DNA of 58,857 bases from Chlorobiota bacterium (GTDB lineage Bacteria > Bacteroidota > Ignavibacteria > Kapaibacteriales > HRBIN21): the NCBI GenBank assembly GCA_039630485.1, contig JBCNUX010000008.1, positions 1-58,857 of the forward strand, given 5' to 3'. Positions 19,213 to 28,970 of this stretch are shown here, piece after piece. Positions within the stretch are counted from its first letter, which is position 1, and every line of letters starts with the position of its first letter. The notes below the pieces were generated by a model. The model had not been told where the DNA came from. It did no database searches and saw nothing but the letters and a program-made list of their open reading frames with translations. A program made the position numbers and the translations under genes.

Positions 19213-20451
19213 CTACTTGAGCCAGTCGAGTGGGTTGAGAAGCCGGCGCCCGTGCCAGAGCTGGAAGTGAAACCCTTCGCTGTCCGGCGTGTTGCCGGCA
19301 AAGCCGAGTACGGTCTCGTGTGTGACGCTCGTCCCGGGCTTGACGGCAACGCTACTGAGGTTGGCGTATACAGAGCGGAAGTTGCCGGCATGCTCTACGA
19401 TGACGACGTACTGGTATGTCGGCAGCCACTGGACAGCCTTAACGGTGCCGGCAGCTACTGGCCGCACAGGAGTTCCGTAAGGAGCAGAAATGTCAACCCC
19501 GGGGTTCTCCCAGCTAACGCCTGTTTCTGGGTTGCGATGGAGACCATATCCCCGAAGGAGCTTTCGGGAGACGGAGGGCCAGCGAAGTTCTAAACGGCCG
19601 GAGAGAGTTGGGGAGGAGAGCTGCGCTGTTGGGGAGGAGGTTCGGGGAGACGTTGGCAGAGGTGGAGGCGACGAGCGTCGACGAGCCTCGGCGATGAGCC
19701 GCTCGATAAGCCGTCGGAGCTGCTGAGCGCTCTGCCGGCGTTTCTCTAACTGGAGCCGGAGCTGTCGTTGGCGTTCCCGGGTCTGCCGTAGGAGGTGCTC
19801 CTGCCGAGAGAGCATAGCTGTTAGCTCTCGCTGCTGCTCCTCGCGACGCTGGAGCCATTGCTGGCGCTGCTGGTAGAGCGAGGCAAGCCGGGCTTGGAGT
19901 TGGGCCATGACTGCATAGCGCCCTGCTACGTCCTGTTGGCGTGCTGCGTAGTGCGAGAAGAGTGCCGCAGTGTAGTGCTGTAACCGGGATCGGAGTAAGG
20001 GGTCTTCAGTGCGTATCCATACGGCGTAGAATCGGCGAAGGAGCTGACGCTGCTGCTCGTTCAAGGTGTCATGCTGACGGCGCAGGAGGTCGAGCTGCTG
20101 CTGGAGGAGCCGCAAGGAGTCGTCTATGAGCCGGAGCTGTACCCCGATGGCTACAATGGAGCGTTGTAGGAGCTGGCGGTAGCGGCGTAGACGCTCTACC
20201 CGCTGCTGCAGGGAAAGTTCCTGGCGCTGTTCGGTTTGGAGCTGCTGTCGGAGCTGGTCAATTGAACGCTGGAGTTCATTGAGGCGCTGGCGATAGCGCT
20301 CCAATTCTGCTGGCTTGGCGCTGGCAGGCGAAGGGAGGTATCCCAGCGCGAAAGCAAGGCAGAACGCAAAGGCCGGTCTAATCAGTCTCCGCCACCGGGA
20401 CCCGCTCAATCGCTGCCCCAAGTTGCTGCAGCTTCTGCTCAATGGCTTCAT
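19213..20451 (-). CDS. envC: EnvC-like murein hydrolase activator (coiled coil plus degenerate M23/LytM)
   Basis: Signal-like N-terminus, long Q/R-rich coiled coil, NPGVDI and SVYANL lacking Zn-ligand His. Start uncertain (20451 or about 20385). Confidence 0.75.
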   Translation of the reverse strand: MKPLSRSCSNLGQRLSGSRWRRLIRPAFAFCLAFALGYLPSPASAKPAELERYRQRLNELQRSIDQLRQQLQTEQRQELSLQQRVERLRRYRQLLQRSIVAIGVQLRLIDDSLRLLQQQLDLLRRQHDTLNEQQRQLLRRFYAVWIRTEDPLLRSRLQHYTAALFSHYAARQQDVAGRYAVMAQLQARLASLYQQRQQWLQRREEQQRELTAMLSRQEHLLRQTRERQRQLRLQLEKRRQSAQQLRRLIERLIAEARRRSSPPPLPTSPRTSSPTAQLSSPTLSGRLELRWPSVSRKLLRGYGLHRNPETGVSWENPGVDISAPYGTPVRPVAAGTVKAVQWLPTYQYVVIVEHAGNFRSVYANLSSVAVKPGTSVTHETVLGFAGNTPDSEGFHFQLWHGRRLLNPLDWLK

Positions 20452-21643
20452 AACCTCGATCCAAGTGGTGGACCCCAAAGACCTCCGTTCGCCCAGTAGC
20501 AATCAGGCCAGCGATGACCAGCGCTGCACTAGCCCGGAGGTCGCTAGAGACAACGCTGGCACCTCGGAGTGGACGGCCACCGTAGACTACGGCTGTGTTT
20601 CCATGGAGCTCTATCGCTGCCCCAAGCCGCTGGAGCTCAGCGATGTGCTTGAAGCGGTCGGGGTAGATGGTGTCTGTAACTCTGGAGATGCCCGGTGCTT
20701 GGAGCATTAGGGCAGTCCACTGAGCTTGGAGGTCTGTCGGGAAACGGGGATACGGTGCCGTTTGGATAGTGCTTGCTCTCGGAGGATCCTCCATGCGGAG
20801 CGTGATGGTGTTGTGAGCGATGTGGAGGGAGGCTCCAACATGCTGTAGAGACTCTATTGCTGCTCGAATGTGCTCTGGATTGACGTGGGTCAGCGTGACC
20901 TCGCCTCGTGTAGCAGCAGCAGCGATTAGGAATGTACCGGCCTCTATTCGGTCCGGGATGACCTCAACAGCAGCAGGACGTAGGCTGGCAGGTCCGACGA
21001 TGCGCAGCGTTGAGGTCCCTATTCCTTCGATGTGGGCGCCCATCTGGCAGAGGAATTCTGCCAGCTGCGCAATCTCGGGCTCCATTGCAGCGTTGTGCAG
21101 GTAAGTCTCGCCTTCGGCTAACACAGAGGCCATGAGGAGATTGCCCGTCGCTCCGACACTAGGAAAGCGCAGTTGGATGGTCGTCCCGCGCAGCCGTTCT
21201 GCCCGCGCATACACGCAGTCGTCGCGTAGTTCTACCGTTGCCCCTAACTGCTGTAGGCCCCAGATATGGAGGTCTACAGGTCGAGGGCCCCACGCGCAGC
21301 CTCCAGGAAGAGCCACCTCGGCGTAACCGTATCGGGCAAGGAGGGGGCCTAAGACGTAGAAGGAGGCTCGCATGCGACTTACGATCTCCCGCGGTGCCCG
21401 GAAGGAGCGCACATTGCGAGTGTCGATCCAGAGCTCGTCTCCCTGCAAACGGCAGGAGCAACCAAGGGCCTCCAGGAGCTCCATCATCGTGAAGACATCG
21501 GTTAGCCGGGGGACGTTCCGGAGAACGTGGATACCGGGTGCAAGGAGGGTAGCAGGAGCCAAGGCTAGGACGGCATTCTTAGCTCCCGAGATGCGGACCT
21601 GTCCTCGTAGTTCCCGTCCACCAGTGATGACCAGCTTCTCCAT
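20378..21643 (-). CDS. murA: UDP-N-acetylglucosamine 1-carboxyvinyltransferase
   Basis: SGAKNA, LPGGCAWGPRPVDLH, PDRIEAGTF, FPTDLQAQ, HHLDRGYE. Confidence 0.98.
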   Translation of the reverse strand: MEKLVITGGRELRGQVRISGAKNAVLALAPATLLAPGIHVLRNVPRLTDVFTMMELLEALGCSCRLQGDELWIDTRNVRSFRAPREIVSRMRASFYVLGPLLARYGYAEVALPGGCAWGPRPVDLHIWGLQQLGATVELRDDCVYARAERLRGTTIQLRFPSVGATGNLLMASVLAEGETYLHNAAMEPEIAQLAEFLCQMGAHIEGIGTSTLRIVGPASLRPAAVEVIPDRIEAGTFLIAAAATRGEVTLTHVNPEHIRAAIESLQHVGASLHIAHNTITLRMEDPPRASTIQTAPYPRFPTDLQAQWTALMLQAPGISRVTDTIYPDRFKHIAELQRLGAAIELHGNTAVVYGGRPLRGASVVSSDLRASAALVIAGLIATGRTEVFGVHHLDRGYEAIEQKLQQLGAAIERVPVAETD

Positions 21644-21677
21644 CCCTGGGCTCCCCGGCAGGGCACCGTGGTGCGGG

Positions 21678-21724
21678 CAAAAGTAGGGCCTTCCGAGTAA
21701 ACAGGAATGGGGTTTGTAATTTCG
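21678..21724. promoter_or_regulatory. Divergent -7-type elements for murA (TACTTTTG) and accC (TAATTTCG)
   Basis: Minus strand 21678-21685 exact match; plus strand 21717-21724 one mismatch; each about 35 nt before a start. Confidence 0.5.
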
Positions 21725-21760
21725 TGCGCGCGGAGTGTGGTACAGGGCTTCGCTAGTGCC

Positions 21761-23119
21761 GTGTTTCGTAAGGTTCTGATTGCAAACCGCGGGGAGATTG
21801 CCCTCCGCATTATCCGGGCATGCCGGGAGATGGGGATTCGGACGGTTGCCGTGTACTCAGAGGCAGACCGATACTCCCTCCACGTGCGCTTTGCTGATGA
21901 GGCAGTGTGCATTGGGCCACCGCCGAGTAAGCAGAGCTATCTCAACATCCCTGCCATCATCGCGGCAGCCGAGGTGACGAACGCTGACGCGATTCATCCA
22001 GGTTACGGCTTTTTGGCGGAGAATGAGACCTTCGCCGAGATCTGCCGTGATTGTGGCTTCGTCTTCATCGGCCCCAGTCCCGAAGCGATAGCGAAGATGG
22101 GGAACAAGTCCGTGGCAAAGGAGACAGTCAAAGCTGCAGGCGTTCCCGTTGTCCCCGGCAGCGACGGGGTTGTCAGTACTCTTAAGGAGGCCCAGGAGGT
22201 TGCTCGGGAAATTGGGTATCCGATCATGCTGAAGGCAGCGGCTGGGGGCGGGGGAAAAGGAATGCGACTTGTAGAGAGCGAGGAGGGACTGGAGCGGGCC
22301 TTCATTCTGGCGCGCAATGAGGCAGAGGCAGCCTTCGGCAATCCCGATGTGTACATCGAGAAGTTCATCGTGCAGCCCCGACACATCGAGTTTCAGGTCT
22401 TCGGGGACTACCACGGTACGGTGATCCATCTCAATGAACGGGAGTGCTCCATCCAGCGCCGACACCAAAAGCTCATCGAAGAGGCTCCTTCCCCGATCAT
22501 GACGCCGGAACTCCGACAGGCAATGGGGGAGGCTGCTATCCGAGCAGCCCGTGCTGTAGGCTACGTCAATGCAGGGACAGTGGAGTTCCTGGTGGACAAG
22601 GACCGCAACTTCTACTTCATGGAGATGAACACCCGCATTCAAGTGGAGCACCCTGTCACAGAGGAGTCCATCGGTGGGATTGACCTCATCAAGGAGCAAA
22701 TTCGGGTGGCGGCTGGCGAGCCCTTATCGCTGCGTCCCACCCCTCCACGATTCCACGCCATAGAGTGCCGCATCAATGCCGAGGATCCCTTCAACGGCTA
22801 CCGTCCCTCGCCTGGAGTGATTACAAGCCTTCACTTTCCGGGAGGCTTAGGCGTGCGGGTAGATTCTCACATCTACCAGGGTTACTCCATTCCGCCGTAC
22901 TACGATTCGCTGATCGCTAAGCTCATTGCCGTGGCGCCAACTCGCGAGGAAGCAATTGCCTGCATGCGGCGGGCTCTAGAGGAGTTTGTTGTCGAAGGTA
23001 TTGCGACGACGATTCCTTTCCACCTGGCGATGATGAACAACCCTGACTTCATTGCCGGGCAGTTTGATACGCGGTATCTGGAGGAACACGATTGGCGTCA
23101 GTATGCGCCTGTAGCGTAG
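21761..23119 (+). CDS. accC: Acetyl-CoA carboxylase biotin carboxylase subunit
   Basis: [56 protein letters not shown]. Start GTG 21761. Confidence 0.96.
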   Translation: MFRKVLIANRGEIALRIIRACREMGIRTVAVYSEADRYSLHVRFADEAVCIGPPPSKQSYLNIPAIIAAAEVTNADAIHPGYGFLAENETFAEICRDCGFVFIGPSPEAIAKMGNKSVAKETVKAAGVPVVPGSDGVVSTLKEAQEVAREIGYPIMLKAAAGGGGKGMRLVESEEGLERAFILARNEAEAAFGNPDVYIEKFIVQPRHIEFQVFGDYHGTVIHLNERECSIQRRHQKLIEEAPSPIMTPELRQAMGEAAIRAARAVGYVNAGTVEFLVDKDRNFYFMEMNTRIQVEHPVTEESIGGIDLIKEQIRVAAGEPLSLRPTPPRFHAIECRINAEDPFNGYRPSPGVITSLHFPGGLGVRVDSHIYQGYSIPPYYDSLIAKLIAVAPTREEAIACMRRALEEFVVEGIATTIPFHLAMMNNPDFIAGQFDTRYLEEHDWRQYAPVA

Positions 23120-23144
23120 TCGAACAGTTCGGTCAAGGTCAGCG

Positions 23145-23534
23145 ATGCGCTTTCCTGAGGAGCTCCGGTACACGAAAGATCACGAGTGGCTGCGGGTCGT
23201 GGACGGCGTTGGTACAATCGGCATTACGGACCATGCCCAGCGTGAGCTTGGGGATATTGTGTTCGTCGATGTCACCGTCAATGTTGGGCAGGTAGTTGAG
23301 GCTGGCCAAGTCGTGGCCACAATTGAAGCAGTCAAGACCGTTGCCGATGTGTATTCCCCGGTCCGTGGGAAGGTGCTAGAAACGAATTCGCTGCTCTCAG
23401 AGAAGCCTGAGCTCATCAACCAAGATCCATACGGGGAAGGCTGGATCCTCCGGCTCCAGCTAGAGGAGCCGCAACAACTCGGCCAGCTCTTAGATGTTTC
23501 GGCATACAAGGCCCTCATCGGGTACGAAGAGTAG
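23145..23534 (+). CDS. gcvH: Glycine cleavage system H protein
   Basis: YTKDHEW, GITDHAQ.ELGDIVFV, lipoyl IEAVKTV, NQDPYGEGW. Confidence 0.96.
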   Translation: MRFPEELRYTKDHEWLRVVDGVGTIGITDHAQRELGDIVFVDVTVNVGQVVEAGQVVATIEAVKTVADVYSPVRGKVLETNSLLSEKPELINQDPYGEGWILRLQLEEPQQLGQLLDVSAYKALIGYEE

Positions 23535-23788
23535 CGCTTTGAGTGCGGGGCACAGGACTTCCGAGAGAAGGTGAGGTGGCATCGTAGGATAGTTGTGTGG
23601 CTGCGAAGACTCGCAGTGGAGATTTCTTTGCGGGAGAAGGTGAAGGGCAGGGGTGCAAGAGAACATGCGACGGCAGCGCTGTATGATTGGGTGAACGTTG
23701 GGTAGTGAGCCAGACTGCGTGTAGCATGCTTCTCTTGAGGGGACGCTACTGAATCCCCGTTCTACGTCTTCCGTCGAGCGAAAGAGCT

Positions 23789-24478
23789 GTGAGGATGCTG
23801 ATGCGATGGGTAATACTCCTTGGCTGTGCGGCTGTACTTACCCTCCAAGCGCAGATTGCAGGCGAGCAAACTGCAGAGATTCCCGATAGCCTTTTTGTCT
23901 TTGAGTCGCCTCACCCACTGATCTCGTCAGAGGAAGCTCTACCCGCCACGTGGGGACTCATTGCGACATTCTCTGGCAACGGGTTCGGTGGAGGTATCTA
24001 CTACCAGCAGGCCCTCGGGAAGGAGCATGCCTGGTCAACGGAACTGACGCTCTCCGGAGCTCGGAACTCTGACGAGTTTGAAGTCTATGATCCTTACTCC
24101 GGCACTGTGTACGTTCCGGGTAAGGTCAATCGGTTGTTCCTCATTCCGCTCTCCCTCAGCCTGTCATATTTTCCGTTTAGCGAGTCGCTGGATGAGAGCT
24201 TTGCACCACTTGTCTCTGTGGGCGTAGTGCCGACCCTCATCCTCTCTACGCCGTATGCGGAGGAGTTCTTCCGTTCGTTTCGCTATGCCCGATTCTTCCT
24301 GCGGCTGGGGGGACATGTGGGGATTGGTGCGAATGTCCGCTACGGGAGTCGCGGATTCTTAGGGATTGGTCTGCGGTACTATGCCATCCCTTTCGGCGGC
24401 GCAGGTTTGGAGAGTGTTCGCGGACGGCCTATTCGGGATTTCGGGGGCTTCGTGCTGAGCTTGCGGCTGCCATTGTAG
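23789..24478 (+). CDS. Hypothetical exported protein, probable outer-membrane beta-barrel
   Basis: Signal peptide; alternating hydrophobic/aromatic strands (GFGGGIYY, GIGLRYY, GFVLSLRL). Start may be ATG 23795 or 23801. Confidence 0.55.
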   Translation: MRMLMRWVILLGCAAVLTLQAQIAGEQTAEIPDSLFVFESPHPLISSEEALPATWGLIATFSGNGFGGGIYYQQALGKEHAWSTELTLSGARNSDEFEVYDPYSGTVYVPGKVNRLFLIPLSLSLSYFPFSESLDESFAPLVSVGVVPTLILSTPYAEEFFRSFRYARFFLRLGGHVGIGANVRYGSRGFLGIGLRYYAIPFGGAGLESVRGRPIRDFGGFVLSLRLPL

Positions 24479-24752
24479 TGGGGGCGGGCTGGGTAGAGCG
24501 CTCCCGCAGGGGTTTGGAAGCAGCTTCGGCAATCCAGGCAGGAATACACCGGCTCCTTGGTGCCGCCTTGTGGACGGAGGCGGGGACATAGGCGGGCTTC
24601 TGTGAATTCGCTGTCATTGCTCGTTTAGCAGAGTTTCAGCGGTTTCCGCCTTTTTTGCGGTTACCTCTGGGGCGTGACAAGACAAGAGTGAAGCAGCGTC
24701 CGCTGGACGCTGTTGTCAGCCAGGGAGGGTAGAAGAAGTCCGCGGTAGAAGC

Positions 24753-25496
24753 ATGCCCGTTAACCGGTTTCGGCAATGGTCACCGCTCGGATGGCTTGTG
24801 TTCTGGGGGGTCTTCGTCGTTGTGCTCTCGGTTACCATACTCGTGCAGGCGCAAGAGCGCGCGGAAGGGGACGAAAGAGGGCTACAGCCGGACTCTAGCA
24901 TAGCTGGGCAGCCGGCGTTCATGGAATGGACTCCGTTCGCGGTTCAGGAGGGGTTAGCGACGTGGTATGGGCCGGGGTTCCATGGTCGGCGAACGGCTTC
25001 GGGAAAGCGGTACGACATGTACGAGCTTACAGCCGCTCATCGCTGGCTGCCGTTTGGGGCACTCGTTAAGGTAAGCCTGCCGGATGTGGATTCTGCCGTA
25101 GTGGTCCAGATCACTGACCGGGGGCCGTTCGTGCGCCGGAGAATCATCGATCTCTCGTGGGCAGCGGCAAGGACCTTGGGAGTTCGGTTGCATCCGGTAC
25201 GAATTGCTGCGTACCTACCGCCGCGAGATTCGGCTCAGGTACTGGGGTTTACTCCTGGTTGGGGGGTCTACGTTGGACAGCGAAGTGCCTTCGTGCTCGT
25301 GGATAGCTTGCGGGACTGGACACAGGCTGTCCGGCGATGGGAGCGGTATCGGCAGGAGGTCCCCGCCGCCTGGCTGTTGGCCACGTGGCTGCCGGGAGTC
25401 GATAGTGCGGAAGGAGTTGGGCCCGACGCGTTGTGCTTCTACGTTGGGGTTCCTCGGGTAGGCGCTGCGGATAGCCTGCTCGGCTATCTGCAGTAA
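24753..25496 (+). CDS. rlpA: RlpA-family lytic transglycosylase (DPBB domain)
   Basis: GLATWYG, TASG..YD, TAAHRWLPFG, ITDRGPF, RIIDLS; N-terminal TM segment. Confidence 0.85.
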   Translation: MPVNRFRQWSPLGWLVFWGVFVVVLSVTILVQAQERAEGDERGLQPDSSIAGQPAFMEWTPFAVQEGLATWYGPGFHGRRTASGKRYDMYELTAAHRWLPFGALVKVSLPDVDSAVVVQITDRGPFVRRRIIDLSWAAARTLGVRLHPVRIAAYLPPRDSAQVLGFTPGWGVYVGQRSAFVLVDSLRDWTQAVRRWERYRQEVPAAWLLATWLPGVDSAEGVGPDALCFYVGVPRVGAADSLLGYLQ

Positions 25497-25528
25497 GTCC
25501 CAGGACAGTGCAGAGCTCTGCTATCCCC

Positions 25529-25536
25529 TATTTTTG
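25529..25536 (+). promoter_or_regulatory. TAnnTTTG element (TATTTTTG) upstream of dapA
   Basis: Exact match 30 nt before the ATG; context CCCCTATTTTTGC is shared with the purB site. Confidence 0.55.
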
Positions 25537-25566
25537 CCACTGTAGTTGGGCAGGAGGAGGGAGTCG

Positions 25567-26466
25567 ATGGTGCAGCTCCGTGGGACGTTGACGGCTCTAG
25601 TGACCCCGTTCCAACGCGATGGTTCGGTTGACTGGACTGCACTGCGCCGGCTTGTGGAGTTCCAGCTCCAGGCAGGGGTCGAAGGCTTAGTCCCGGTCGG
25701 TTCTACAGGGGAGAGCGCAACGCTGAGCTTTGAGGAGAAGGTCGAGATCATTGCACGAGTCGTTGAATGGGTGGACGGTCGAGTGCCAGTGGTAGCGGGC
25801 ACAGGGACAAACGATACTCGGACGACAATCGAGCTGACGCGGCAGGCTCATCGGGTAGGAGCTGATGCTGCGCTGATTGTCTGTCCGTACTACAACAAGC
25901 CGACCCAGCAGGGACTCTACGAGCATTTTCGAGCCGTGGCGGAAGCGGTCCCCATCCCGATTGTTCTCTACAACGTTCCAGGGCGAACTGCTGTCAACAT
26001 GACGGCCGAAACGCAGCTCCGGCTGGCAGAGGAATTTCCGACAGTTGTGGCTACCAAAGAGGCATCGGGCAATCTAGAGCAGGTGATGGAGATTCTCCGG
26101 AATGCCCTACCGCACTTCGCTGTCTTGGCTGGGGACGATACGCTAGCGTTGCCGTTGATTGCGTGCGGGGGTGTTGGGGTGGTATCTGTCATTGCAAACT
26201 ATGCTCCACAGCAGTTTGGGGAGTGCGTTCGCTCAGCCCTTGCGGGGGGATGGGAGCGTGCGAGGACGCTGCACTACGCGCTCTTCCCACTCATGCGACT
26301 CAACTTCATTGAATCCAACCCCATCCCGGTGAAGACAGCGCTGGCGATGATGGGACTCATCGAGGAGGTCTACCGGCTACCGCTGACACCACTGCAGCCG
26401 CACCATCGGGAGCTGCTAGAGCGTGCCTTGCGGGAGGCGGGGATACTACAGGGAGCTACGGTATGA
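25567..26466 (+). CDS. dapA: 4-hydroxy-tetrahydrodipicolinate synthase
   Basis: ALVTPF, GSTGES, PYYNKP, LYNVPGRT, Schiff-base KEASG, ESNPIPVK. Confidence 0.97.
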   Translation: MVQLRGTLTALVTPFQRDGSVDWTALRRLVEFQLQAGVEGLVPVGSTGESATLSFEEKVEIIARVVEWVDGRVPVVAGTGTNDTRTTIELTRQAHRVGADAALIVCPYYNKPTQQGLYEHFRAVAEAVPIPIVLYNVPGRTAVNMTAETQLRLAEEFPTVVATKEASGNLEQVMEILRNALPHFAVLAGDDTLALPLIACGGVGVVSVIANYAPQQFGECVRSALAGGWERARTLHYALFPLMRLNFIESNPIPVKTALAMMGLIEEVYRLPLTPLQPHHRELLERALREAGILQGATV

Positions 26467-27050
26467 GCTGGCGAGTGCTGGTAGCGGTAGGGCTAGCAGG
26501 GTGTGGACTGTTGAGTCCGCGGGCACCACAACCGCCAGAGTACGGGGGTACCCAGGAGTACCAACAACCCACAACACCAGCGGCAGTGGTGGAAAACTTC
26601 CAGCATGCAGTTGCCCGGCAGGATGTGGTTGCCTTCCTGCGGTGTTTGCTGGACAGCACCGAAGCGCCGGGAAGGAGCTACCGCTTTGAGCCTTCCGGGC
26701 AGGCACTGGCACGGTATGGAGCTGTCTTTGCCCATTGGGATCGTGAAGCAGAGCGGCAGAGCTTCCTGGGAATGCTGAGCCGCATACTGCCAGGGGCAGC
26801 ACCGGAGCTGATCCTCATCGCTCCGGTCTTCGAGCTACGGACACCGGATTCGGCGGTCTTCCGGGCGGAGTATCGGTTGTCGGTTCCCCATCGGGAGCCA
26901 GGAGTGCCGGGGACAGCACGTGGAATGCTACGGTGGACGCTCGTTCCTCTCCCTAACGGCTTCTGGGTGATTCAGCGGTGGACTGATTTGGACGCCGCAG
27001 ATACGGCAGCGATTAGCTGGAGCGTGTTCAAAGCACTCTGGCGACTATGA
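26463..27050 (+). CDS. Hypothetical lipoprotein
   Basis: LAGC lipobox; ATGA-coupled to dapA; helix-then-strand pattern ending WVIQRW.D. Confidence 0.7.
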   Translation: MSWRVLVAVGLAGCGLLSPRAPQPPEYGGTQEYQQPTTPAAVVENFQHAVARQDVVAFLRCLLDSTEAPGRSYRFEPSGQALARYGAVFAHWDREAERQSFLGMLSRILPGAAPELILIAPVFELRTPDSAVFRAEYRLSVPHREPGVPGTARGMLRWTLVPLPNGFWVIQRWTDLDAADTAAISWSVFKALWRL

Positions 27051-27547
27051 GGGCGGCTGCTGTGGCAGCGCTGGCCGTAATGACTGGAGGGTGCCTCAAC
27101 CCGTTCGCGCCCCGACTCGCTGAGGAGGTGACTGAACACGGGGCGATAGCGGACCAGCGGACGGTTACGGGGCTCTTCCAGAAGTTCCGCTACGCTTACG
27201 TCTTGCGCGATACCCTCCTCTATGGGCAGCTCCTGGATTCAGCGTTCACGTTCTCCTACCGCAACTACGAGCGGGGGGTGGACGTGGTGTGGGGTCGCCA
27301 AGAAGACATGCGGGCTACAGCAGGTCTGTTCCGTGCGTCGCAGCACATCGAGCTAGTCTGGCATGAGATTGTGGCCTTCTACGGGGATTCGGTACAGTGC
27401 GTCGTCTCGCGAGGCTTTGCTTTAGAGATTGCGTTCTCCCCAACGGATGTTGTCCGAATTGGCGGGCGAGCTACCTTTCGGCTGCGACGCTCCCAGCCCG
27501 ATCAGCCGTGGCGAATTGTGAGCTGGCGCGATGAGTCCATGGAGTAA
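27047..27547 (+). CDS. Hypothetical lipoprotein
   Basis: TGGC lipobox followed by LNPFAP; ATGA-coupled; ends WRIVSWRDES. Confidence 0.7.
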   Translation: MRAAAVAALAVMTGGCLNPFAPRLAEEVTEHGAIADQRTVTGLFQKFRYAYVLRDTLLYGQLLDSAFTFSYRNYERGVDVVWGRQEDMRATAGLFRASQHIELVWHEIVAFYGDSVQCVVSRGFALEIAFSPTDVVRIGGRATFRLRRSQPDQPWRIVSWRDESME

Positions 27548-27615
27548 AGCCACGTGAGCTTTGTGGAACGTGGCGGACTGTCGTGCCCTTCAGCAGTGCC
27601 CTTATGCTCTCCCCC

Positions 27616-27623
27616 TATTTTTG
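27616..27623 (+). promoter_or_regulatory. TAnnTTTG element (TATTTTTG) upstream of purB
   Basis: Exact match 27 nt before ATG 27651. Confidence 0.55.
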
Positions 27624-27650
27624 CGGCTGTGGAACTGGCAGTGCGCGGGC

Positions 27651-28970
27651 ATGATTGCGCGGTACAGTAGACCGCAGATGGCAGCGGTCTGGGAGGAGGG
27701 AGAGAAGCTGCGCATCTGGCTGGAGATTGAGCTTCTGGTCTGCGAGGCGCTGGAGAGGTATGGGTGGATCCCTGTAGGGGTTGCGGAACGCATTCGGCAG
27801 AAGGTGCGTATTCTCCCAGAGCGGATTGCGGAGTGGGAGCAAAGGGTGAAGCACGATGTCATCGCCTTCCTCAGTAGCCTGACAGAGCAGCTCGACGAGG
27901 AGGGGCGATACCTCCACTTTGGGCTAACCTCCAGCGATATTGTGGACACAGCCCTAGCAGTCCAGTTGCGGAGGGCGGGGACCATCTTGCTAGCGGACCT
28001 CGAGGAGCTAGAGGATGCGCTGTGGCAGCGGGCGCAGGAATTTCGGGAGACGCTCTGTGTCGGGCGGACGCATGGCGTCCATGCCGAGCCGATGACCTTT
28101 GGGCTGAAGTTGTTGAGCTGGTTCCAAGAGTGCCACCGGAATTGGGAACGCCTTCGGGTAGCTGTGGATGGTATCAGCTACGGGAAGCTCAGTGGCGCGA
28201 TTGGGACCTACACGCAATTGCCTCCAGAAGTGGAGGCGTACGTCTGCGAGCGCCTGGGGCTGAAGCCGGAGCCAGTGGCGACGCAAGTCGTACCGCGTGA
28301 TCGCCATGCCCATTTCCTGGCTACCTTAGCGCTCATCGGCGGCATGTGCGAGCGGATTGCCACTGAGGTGCGCCACTTGCAGCGCACAGAGGTGCGAGAA
28401 GCAGAAGAGCTCTTCTCCGAAGGCCAGCGCGGGAGCTCGGCCATGCCGCACAAACGCAATCCGATTCATGCTGAGCGCATCTGCGGCTTAGCCCGCCTGC
28501 TGCGCTCCTACGCCCTCGTGGGCTTTGAGAACATCGCGCTGTGGCATGAGCGAGACATCTCCCACAGTAGCACGGAGCGCGTAGTCCTGCCCGATGCTAC
28601 GATTGTGGCAGACTACATCCTGGGGCTTGTAACGGAGCTGGTGAAGACTCTCCAGGTCTACCCAGAGCGCATGCGACAGAACTTGGAGTTGACCCAAGGC
28701 CTCATCTACTCGCAGACGGTCCTCCTGGAATTGGTCCGACGGGGCATGAGTCGGGAGGAGGCATACCGCGTAGTCCAGAGAGCAGCTATGGAAACCTGGC
28801 AGACTGGCCACCCCTTCTGGGAGACATTGTGGGAACAGCCCGAAGTTCGCGAACACTTGGGCTCTCGAGAAGCACTTGCACAGTTGCTGGCGCCTGAAAG
28901 GCTGCTCCGCAACGTTGGTTACCTTTTCGAGCGTAGTGCTGTGTCCAGAGCTTCGGCACCATCGGCATGA
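27651..28970 (+). CDS. purB: Adenylosuccinate lyase
   Basis: MIARY, HFGLTSSD, GRTHGVHAEP, GSSAMPHKRNP, WHERDISHSS.ER. Confidence 0.97.
   Translation: MIARYSRPQMAAVWEEGEKLRIWLEIELLVCEALERYGWIPVGVAERIRQKVRILPERIAEWEQRVKHDVIAFLSSLTEQLDEEGRYLHFGLTSSDIVDTALAVQLRRAGTILLADLEELEDALWQRAQEFRETLCVGRTHGVHAEPMTFGLKLLSWFQECHRNWERLRVAVDGISYGKLSGAIGTYTQLPPEVEAYVCERLGLKPEPVATQVVPRDRHAHFLATLALIGGMCERIATEVRHLQRTEVREAEELFSEGQRGSSAMPHKRNPIHAERICGLARLLRSYALVGFENIALWHERDISHSSTERVVLPDATIVADYILGLVTELVKTLQVYPERMRQNLELTQGLIYSQTVLLELVRRGMSREEAYRVVQRAAMETWQTGHPFWETLWEQPEVREHLGSREALAQLLAPERLLRNVGYLFERSAVSRASAPSA

Noticed and set aside
19213-19600. Loss of Zn ligands in the M23 domain as a novelty
   Set aside because: Degenerate LytM domains are the established feature of EnvC-type activators.
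23121-23131. CGAAC-A-GTTCG palindrome as an SOS box
   Set aside because: The spacer is 1 nt and not 4, and it lies within the accC-gcvH junction.
23535-23788. Glycine riboswitch near gcvH
   Set aside because: It lies downstream of gcvH and the conserved aptamer motifs are not recognisable.
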